Shown one piece after another: positions 52,801 to 62,332 of a DNA stretch of 64,000 nt. The notes beneath the pieces were generated by a model that saw nothing but the letters and a program-made list of their open reading frames with translations, had not been told where the DNA came from and ran no database searches. Source of the stretch: Lepidodermella squamata. Taxonomy: Eukaryota > Animalia > Gastrotricha. A program made the translations under genes and the position numbers. The DNA lies in the NCBI GenBank assembly GCA_047495785.1, contig JBLDXI010000017.1, forward strand, positions 744,001 to 808,000, given 5' to 3'. How positions within the stretch are numbered: position 1 is the stretch's first letter; each line of letters begins with the position of its first letter.

Positions 52801-52880
52801 TTTTCTTCATGTTCTTATGGTTCACTTACGTCTTGTTGAGTGCGTTGTCAAGTTACTGCATAATCAATCCGCTATTTTAA
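49836..52880 (+). CDS. NCX/SLC8-like exchanger copy 10
   Basis: VAHLTLFVLGNVAPD; IIDDDVFNLD; GTSLPD..GHVNGSCGVLVF. Confidence 0.92.
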
Positions 52881-53533
52881 GTGTTTGAACGACACAGCTA
52901 CATAGTTTTGTATATTATGAGTCATTTTTACGCCTGAATATTATAATATAATTCACTTGTGAGTGACGCAACCAATAAATTTAAAACGAATCTATAAGGC
53001 TTCCTGCAACAGACTGAAACAGCCATTATGATGGGAAATCCAGGCGGATGATACCAGGAACCTCTAAGCTTTGTTGCCGAAATTCGTTAGATACGTTATT
53101 GATGATTCTTTGGCATTTCAATCGCACCCGTTTCCTCGACGGAAGTTATATAACATTCGGAAAGAGGCATAGGCCTTTTTACTTGAGTGACCACCACCTT
53201 GAGAACTAGCTAGACAGGATATGCTGTAAGCTGTAAGACGAACACTCTATAGGCTTAAATGAGTGGGATGAAAAGTCCCGAACATACAATTAATCGATCG
53301 AGTACTTGTTGTGAGCAATAAATCGAAGACAATCCTGGTTAAGTGAGACAACTTGCTCAATCCATCGATTTATAGCGGAGCAAGTTGTTGTGGTGCAGCC
53401 GATCGAAAAAGCTCGTTTTGCATCATGAATATTGAATGAAAAAAATCTCCCAGAAAGAAATTAAGCCCAGATATATCAGCATATAACTGTCATTTTCCCA
53501 ATAACTCGAGCGCCACTACTATATTCTTCAGCA

Positions 53534-56500
53534 ATGACCGGAGATTCTCATGGGTAATTTTTGACGAAATATAAATATCAAGTAACATAGTTGTCATCTT
53601 TAACGTCAGAGTCCACTCTTCAGAAACAGCTGAGCATGAAAGCTCCGGTGGCTGTGGCGCTGTCGGTTGCAGCCACACTGAATTCATACCGAATTGGAAC
53701 CCTTCGGCTTATCTCCTGTCGACCGAGGAACGCGTCGGCCGCGCAGTGGTCTACATCACAGTTCTTGCCTACTTATTTCTCGGAATGTCGTTAGTTTCTG
53801 ACAAATTCTGCGCTGCAATTGACCGAATTATCACGCAGAAGCGAAGAGTCAAGATCACATCGAGACTTACAGGAAGCGTGGAGTATGTTCAAATTCCTGT
53901 TTGGAATGAAGCTGTAGCTCATTTGAGCTTGTTCGTTCTGAGCAATGTTGCTCCAGATATTCTGTTATCACTCATTGAAGTTATTACTAATGATTTCAAT
54001 GCTGGAAAATTAGGACCTGAGATCGTCATCGGCTCTGGAGCTATCAACTTGTTCCTAATCCAAACGGTTTGCATTCTTGTCGTTGAGCCGAACAAAGCTA
54101 AACGAGTAGAACATCGAAGGCTCTACTTCCTAACAGGTGATTTGGTTGTAATGAATTCTCAATAGATTAGCATGTTTTTCCCACAGCTGGTTGGTTTCTC
54201 TTCGGATACCTATGGCTATACCTCATCCTGGGACAAATATCTCCTGGAGTGATAGAGCCTTGGGAATCTCTAGTCACCCTATCATATTTCCCACTGCTTG
54301 GTAAGTGGCTGTTTAGAGTGGACTATGTATTCCCTAATCTTTGAATTTTCCAAGTAATTACTGCTTACATCGTTGATCGAAATTTCTTCGGTCTCTGCAA
54401 ACGGCTTCAAGCTAGGTCCGGTGCAGTGAGCCCAGAATCTCACCGCAGTCAGTCAGAAATACAGACAGAAGACCTTGACCACGAGGACGAACTTGAGATC
54501 GCGCGGCGAACCCTTGAACAGCGCCAACTCCGCTTCATCGAGTTAATGAAGGATATGCGGAAAAATCATCCTAATAAAACTCAGCAGCAAATACAAGAGC
54601 TAGCTGAGCAAGAAGTCATCAATGAAATGCCGAAATCACCGGGTTATTATCGAATGCTTGCTTCGAAAGGATTATCAGGAGGTGGGGATGTTATAAACAA
54701 AGAAAAGCTCCGCATGAAATTTGAGGTAAGTAATAATCAGCCAATGCCATAACCACATTAATTTGATCGGCTTAAAAGATGAACAAGGTGAGCGACTCAC
54801 GTTTCAGCGACCCTTCAGTTCAAATAATCGCTTTCGACCCGGCTGAGTACATTGTTATGGAGGACTGTGGATCATTCAACGCTCACGTTACACGGCAAGG
54901 AAAAAATCTCGATAACGTTGTCGCGGTGGACTACTCAACCGAAGACGGTAAGAAAAACCGAATTGCTGAGTCGAAGTCACCAGGCCTTTACATCTCCGCT
55001 AGGTACTGGAATTGCGGGCAGTGATTACGAGGCAGCTAGCGGGCAGTTGTTTTTTGAAAAAGGAGAATCGTTGAAACATATCACGATCAAAATCATTGAC
55101 GACGATTTTTTCAACGTTGATACGGTCTTCTATTTAAAGCTGTCTAATCCTACTGTTGTTGACTCAGGTGTTAACAAGAAAATTGTGAGTTGCACTTTCC
55201 AGCTTTGCATTTATCTAACACTTACTTCAAAATCTAGACACCATGGGTTTCGCTAGACAAAGAAGCAATGAAAGCTAGAATTGTTAAAGTGGATGACGAT
55301 ACGGGTGGTATTTTCAAGTTCCCAAAGCCTACCATGGTAATTGAAGAACATGTCGGAACGGCTGTTTTAAAAATTTCCAGAAATTCTGGTGCCAAAGGGA
55401 CGGTAGCTGTTCCTTTCAAAATTATACCAGGTACGGCTCTGCCGGGCGAGCATTTTCTACCCCCACGCGAAACTGAAATCGTCTTCGAACACAGGCAGAC
55501 TGAGTAAGCCTTGCCATCACTATAAGCACATTAAAGTTGGCCTATTTACATTTAGGAATTCCATTCATGTCGGAATTATTAATGAAGATAAACTGGCCAA
55601 AAAAGTTGAATTCGCCATCGAGCTGGGAGAGCCTTACTTCTTAGAAACAGGCATTGTTCAGAAAGTTAAAGAAGGTGCGTTGCGTAATCGTCAAGCTAGA
55701 GGCGGAGATAAGGTTATTGACGTGAAAAACCTTGGCAAACCGAAACTGGGAGATGAGCCTAAGCTTATGGTTACCATCTCTGAAAACAGCAATCTTCGAC
55801 ACGCCGTAGATAACATTGCGAACATTGACATGAATGAACTAGTAGGGGCTGTTTCTTGGAAGGCGCAATTTATTGAGGCAGTCACACTTCCTAAAGCGAC
55901 AGTGAATACAGATGAGGACGACGATAGTTCGGCAAGCAAGCGGCCTCCAATCAAGGCCTACATCTTTCACTTTTTAACCCTTTTCTGGAAAGTTGCTTTT
56001 GCCTTCATCCCTCCGACACGTAAGTCCTGTCTAAACAAATTAACACTCTTCTTATCACATATTTATTTTAGACATTTTGAAAGGTTGGGCTTCTTTCCTC
56101 GTTGCCTTCATTTTCATCGGAGTTATAATTGCTATTATCGCCGATATTTCAAAGCAGCTTGGATGCTGCTTAGGCCTACGTGATGAAATCACTGCAATCA
56201 CTCTCGTCTCATTCGGAACCGGCTTGCCTGATTTATTCGCTAGCATTTTAGCCGCAAAGCGGGAAGAAACAGCCGACGAGGCTATAGGTCACGTCAATGG
56301 ATCCTGCGCAGTTTTGGTTTTTCTCGGTATCGGTTTGAGCTGGACAGTTTGTTCGTTCAAGCACGCCATCGACGGCAACGAGATGAGGATACAACTACGA
56401 GGCTTTTCGTTCTCAATAACGGTTTTCTTGACCTTCGCCGTTTTAGCTATAATAGTTCTACAGCTGCGACGGCTTGCGCCAGTTAACGGCGAATTGGGAG

Positions 56501-56610
56501 GATCCACACTGTTTCGCATAATTACGGCGATTTTCTTTGTATCGCTTTGGGTTATTTACGTCACTCTGAGTGCACTTTCAAACAATTGCACCATAAATCC
56601 ACCGTTTTAG
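53534..56610 (+). CDS. NCX/SLC8-like exchanger copy 11 (short first exon MTGDSHG)
   Basis: ATG 53534 splices in frame to VHSSETAEHES..CGAVGCSHTEFIPNW; VAHLSLFVLSNVAPD; GTGLPD..GHVNGSCAVLVF. Confidence 0.9.
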
Positions 56611-57195
56611 TTAATTTCCTTGTATTTACGGTTTCGAAGTCTGGTTCAGACTTGTTGAATAAAATCGTGTTTTTATTGCAAATTTTTGCTAAATGATTGA
56701 TAGTCCAGGGCCTTCGGATAAGGCGCATCTCACAGAAAGAAGATACCTCAATACCTTTTAATTGGGGGAAGGAATTCCTAATGTTTCGATTAGTCCTGGG
56801 TATGCTTGGTGACGCGAATCAATTGCCGCGCTGATATTGATTAACCCAGTAGAAAAACAATAACACTTTAACAAAAGACGACATTAATTACTTGTAATAT
56901 AGAAAATTGAAAAGCTTATTCATCAGAAATACCTCGCTAGATTTATTGGTCTTGAAAAGTATGAACTAACGTAGGCAGAACGTATTACGAAACATTGCAT
57001 TATTTATTGCAAACTCCATCACAGATTCAACTACGACGAAGAGTTTCGTAAATTTTTGCGTCAGAAAATCAATCCCAGGCAACGCATTTTGACCTCTCTG
57101 AAGAGTTTGAGCGAGTGGCGTAGTCCGTTCATTTTTTTATTTGAAGCAAGTACGTTTTTACTTCAACCTTTTGAAATTTTTTATCGGCATTGCCC

Positions 57196-60100
57196 ATGGC
57201 TGGCGATTACTATGAGGGGCTCAGAGAAGAAGTCCAGCCAACGAAAAGCCAACGGTATGAGAATGCCACATCGGAACCATCCGTTTACCCAGAATCTCGA
57301 GGTGACATTCACAGCCATACCGATAGTCACGATTTCAACGTTTCAAGCTACAATCACAGCTCAAAAACGAGTCACAGTGAACATGACCATTGCTCTGTTA
57401 CTGGCGATTGTGAAGCCGGTCTATTGATCCCAAGCTGGCAGCCTCCTCCTAATCAGATATCAGTAGAAGAGCGAGCTGGTCGAGCTATTCTTTACATAAT
57501 TTGCATGGCCTACCTTTTTCTAGGCGTCTCAATCGTCGCCGATAAATTTGTTACTGCTATCGAAGTTATCGTCTCGAAGACACGAAAAGTAGAGGTCGTC
57601 TCCAGGACGACTGGTCGGAAAACGTATGTTCGGATCCCTATCTGGAATGAAACTGTAGCACATCTGACGTTATTTGTCTTGGGTAACTGCGCTCCTGAAA
57701 TTCTGCTGACAGCTATCGAAGTAATAAATCGTGATTTCAAGGAAGGCGAACTTGGGCCAGGTTTTTCCCTAAGAGCGCATTTGAGAAAATTATTCATTTT
57801 TCAATTTACAGGAGCTATCATCGGATCTGGCGCTTACAACTTGCTAGTAATAACTGGAATATGCTGTCTATCTGTTCCACAAGGCCGAGTTTTGCGACTG
57901 CATGAACTGAGAATCTTCTTTGTAACCGGTAATAAGCCCGCAAAGCTCCAGCTAATCAATTAATTTTGTGAATTAAACATTTCTAGCTGCATGGATGATT
58001 TTCGCTTATCTATGGGTCTACATTATAACAATAGTTTCCACGAAGGGAGTCGTAGAAGTTTGGGAGGCAGTTACAACGCTGTTTTTCTTTCCGCTATGCG
58101 TTACATCCGCCTACGTAGCAGACAAGCGATGTTTTGGAATTTTCAAACGAAATCGAGTCGCTCCTGACGCTGAAACTGATGTTGAAAAGGCTCAAAGTGC
58201 CTTGGAAATTCGTGAACAGCGGTTTCTTTCTATTTTAGCCCAAGTGAAGAAGAAACATCCAAATCTGAGTATGGCAGAAAAGCGGGAGAGAGCAGAAATG
58301 GAGCTATTGAGAGAGGGCCCAAAGAATCTAAATTACTACAGAATGGAAGCCGGAAAACGAGTTGCTGGCGGCAGTGTAATCAATAGAGAAAAGCTTCGCG
58401 AAAAAATAGCGGTGAGTTAATATGATTGATCCTCCAAAGTCGGCCTTGAACTTCTCCTAGGCTGATGAAAATTCTCGAGACAAATTCAACGATCCATCCA
58501 TTCAAGAAATCGGATTCGATCCAACTGATTATTCTGTAATGGAGAATGCAGGAACGTTAATGCTTCACGTCGTCCGCCGAGGTGCTGATCTGAACAACTC
58601 CATCTCCGTAGACTTTAAAACCGTCGATGGGACAGGCAAAGCTGGCTTCGATTACTATCAGTCGGTGGGCACTCTAGTATTCAATAATAAAGAGTGTGGC
58701 AAATTGATTTCCATTAAAATCATTGACGATGACGAATTCAACATGGATACGCAATTCTACCTAGTTCTCGAAAATCCCAAACCGATAATTCCAAAAGGAG
58801 CATCACAGGCTGTAGCTGTAAGTTATGCATTCAAATTACAGGTTAATATTGTGTCTTGGATATAGGCCAAACTTAACGGATTGCAACTTCGAATCAAAGA
58901 TACAGGGACAGCAACGGTCAACAAACTAGATGATGATCAAGGTGGAATTTTTTCTTTCGATGCAGACGAAACTACCGTTGATGAAGGTTGTGGTTATGCA
59001 AACATTAGAATCACGAGAAGCGGTGGTGCAAAGGGAGACGTCTCCTTGCCTGTGAGTTTCTTGCCACTGACCGCCAAAAAGGGACTACATTACGACGATG
59101 CTGGAACTCAAAGCTTGCTATTTGTAAACGGCTGCGTTGAGTGAGTCTTCTAAAACTTGAAATTCAACCTTGGAGTTTTACATTGCTATAATCAGAAATA
59201 TTCTTCGGATCAAAATCATCGACGAAGGCTCGCTGAATTCAAAATCTGCGGTTCTCAACTTGCAGTTAGGCGAGCCCGAATGGGTAACCCCTGACAGCGA
59301 GCATGTTGGAGCCAAGCTGCGCAAAAGACGCTCCACGGCAGACATGGGAACTTCGAAACTGGGAAAGCCCCGTCTTGGGGATATCAAGTCTATTAAAATA
59401 ACAATAACTGAGGACCCTGAATTAGGAAGAGCAGTTGCTGATTTAGCAAACACCGAGCTGGGCAGTCTCGTCGGCTCTGCATCTTGGGCGGGGCAATTTC
59501 GAGAGGCGGTCACTCTACCAAAAATCGAAACCTGCGATGAAGTTGAGGAGATTGAAAATGGTAACAAATCCCGCTCTTCGTCAGGAGTGAAATGCCGCAA
59601 TGTTCTTCACTTCTTGACATTATTTTGGAAAATTGTATTTGCCTTCATACCACCACCCAGTATCGGCCAAGGCTGGCCCGCGTTTTTCGGTTGTTTAGCT
59701 GCAATTGGTCTGCTAATAGCTTTAGTTGGGGATTTCGCCAGCTATCTAGGCTGCACTGTTGGCTTGAAAGATGAACTAACCGCTATCACTTTTGTATCTC
59801 TTGGCGCTAGCTTGCCGGACACTTTCGCCTCTAGAATAGCTGCTATGAAGGAAGACACAGCCGATGCAGCCATCGGGCATGTAACTGGCGCTTGTGCTGT
59901 CAATATTTTTCTCGGAATTGGCATAGCCTGGAGCTTGGGTGCGTTCTATCAAACGGCTGTGAATGGCGCTGATGGCCTTACGATAGAACCTGGCACCCTA
60001 TCTTTCAGCTTGACGCTGTTTTTCTCCCTCGCCTCTGCTGCTGTTATCATTCTTCTACTCAGGAGGTTACCTCCTGTACGTGGCGAGCTAGGGGGAAAAC

Positions 60101-60201
60101 AGCCCGTTCGTCTATTAACTACGCTAGTTTTGTGGTTTTTATGGATCTTGTACGTCGTGTTGTCTGCGTTAGACAGTTATTGCGTAATTCAAACTTTTTA
60201 G
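57196..60201 (+). CDS. NCX/SLC8-like exchanger copy 12
   Basis: VAHLTLFVLGNCAPE; IIDDDEFNMD; KLDDDQGG; GASLPD..GHVTGACAVNIF. Confidence 0.93.
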
Positions 60202-62332
60202 TTCCTGCTCTCTTCGTAACGGGTATGAAGACATCTTAGTGCAATGCTCTGTTTACGGCTATTCTATCGGTTTGCAAATCGACGTAGAAAAGCATTGCTC
60301 TTTTGTATCTTCTAGTGGCCTGTGCGCATGAGAAAATAAAATTCTGGACAGTCGGCATTGCTCTAGTTTATTCAATGCTATGAAATTGGGCGCCGGTAGC
60401 CAACAGCAACGAACACACAGCAGGCAAATGTCGCCTTGTCAACATTTTCATTCGATGTGTATCGCTGATAAATAATTAAAGATGTGCGCCAAAATGTCGA
60501 TGCCATACTCTGCTCCATATCACACGTGAAATACATCAGTAGGCTTCGGCCTGGTAAAGGCTCATTTCCGCTTAATTTGCCTCTGTGCAAGCGGCTCAGG
60601 GATGGCAATAATATGCCGTTTACGTCAAGCGAGGGATATCCGCTCTTCAAATCAAGTGTTGATAATGAATCACCCGAGAATAAAAAAAGCGGCGTTTAAG
60701 AAAGATTTTCCCCTTTTATTCATAATAGTAATGATGATATTTTTTGTTATAATTATTATACAACGCTAAAGCGCATTTGCAGATCCCAATGGACAACGAC
60801 AACAGCGAGCAGTAATAAAGAATAATAAGTAAAAAAATCAGGTTTTAATCGAAAGTAATTAACGCATCACATATTATAACGGATCCTCGAATATAATTAT
60901 GAAGGCATTTTAATCAATCGAACCAATTCTGCGATAAAACTAGCGTATGGCGAGAAGGCACTTGATAGAGCGTGCGACTTGGAAAAACACTATTTCTCCG
61001 TCAAGGAACGAAATTTAAAGGTCCGCTTGAAAGTTCATTCCTTCCTCGTTTTTTTTCAACGCAATTGAAAAAATTTCGTACTGGAAATGTCGCGTCGTTA
61101 GCGAAAAATGTGACACCGGGTCCTTGCCAATTACGTAAGTCTGTCCATCGTCGAGCCGTTCAATATGTATGTTGTTTCAGTGGGTAGTAGTTGTTGTTGT
61201 TTTTGGTGTATGACCACAGAAATTTCTCATCACAATAATATACAGCAAAAAGCAATCAAATGAGAACAGCAGAAAATGTACGGATTCATTGTATTTTTTT
61301 TCTCTTGATAATAATAGAAGACAAATCACGATGAATTTACAACGTCGTAAATCAAAAATGCATCCGACTCTACACAACAGTTCCAAGAAAAATTTAGTAA
61401 TATAGTAAAATGTTAATAGTAACATTCCATCATGAATGATGACAGCAAGAATAAGAAAAATTGAAATGAAAAGCACCACGCAACAAAATCTAGTCGTCAT
61501 TTATGGATATGTTGTATATATCAGAATCATGCTGTTCACGGCCCAAAAGCTTTCACGCATATAGATGACGCTCACAGCTTCTTTAAACCTACATTTGACT
61601 CGACATGATTTCGATGGCCTCCAGGATCTCTGTCGTCTGTAGTAGTTGGATGGGGTTTTTCGTCAAAAGCGTAGCTAAATTTTTTCCTTCTAGTCACGAG
61701 ACTACACCTTTTCTACTTTGGCTTGGAAATTTAAAAGCGGACGGTAAATTTTTGCTAATAACTTTCGGTTGGATGTTCAAAGCAACGTCACTACGATGTT
61801 TTTTAGGTTGATGAACAACGGGATGTGTATAGACGGCGCCTATTGACGGCTTTTTACTACTAGGCAAAGTGTTGTTCCGGCGATTTTGATGTAGAGGCAA
61901 CTTAAGCGGCACATTGTTCACAAGAGGCGGTAGGTTTGGCGTTGTTGTGGTCGGACTAACTATTGGCAACGGGCCAACGGTATAACTAAAATAAGCGTTG
62001 TTCATTTTACTGGAAGCGGCTAGATTATTGTACGGGTTTGTAGGAGTTTGTCTAATCGGGGTTGAATAGTCATTATAATTACCACCAGTGTTGTTAGTTG
62101 TAACAGAGATCCCTCGGCCTATATCAAGTAATTCGTAGGCAGATGGTGATGATGGGCAGATTCCGGAGTTAGTGATATATCACAGGGGTTAAATGAGGAA
62201 TGAACAGAAAAAAATAACATGTTAATAAAACTTGTATAGAAATAAATTGTAAAAATATAAATTTTTTGCGTGAAAGTTTGTTCTTTAAGACGGATTTTGT
62301 TTTCGTTCGCTTCACGCCGACTCACCTGCGAG

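Noticed and set aside
27664-59924. Recurrent minus-strand ORFs (..CPIAASA..GKLVP..) opposite the alpha-2 exons
   Set aside because: They are antisense mirrors of the conserved NCX coding sequence and recur only because the sense strand is conserved.
13719-60201. Fragmented NCX ORFs read as pseudogenes or frameshifts
   Set aside because: The breaks checked coincide with GT(GC)-AG introns that restore the frame, often at positions shared between paralogs.
13773-60201. Assigning the array to NCKX, CAX or NCLX families
   Set aside because: Two Calx-beta domains, IWNETV, YYR and GELGGP motifs are NCX-specific; only ion-site residues deviate.
60378-61811. Short ORFs between NCX copy 12 and the kinase gene
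   Set aside because: Low-complexity AT-rich sequence consistent with convergent 3' UTRs; no domain signal.
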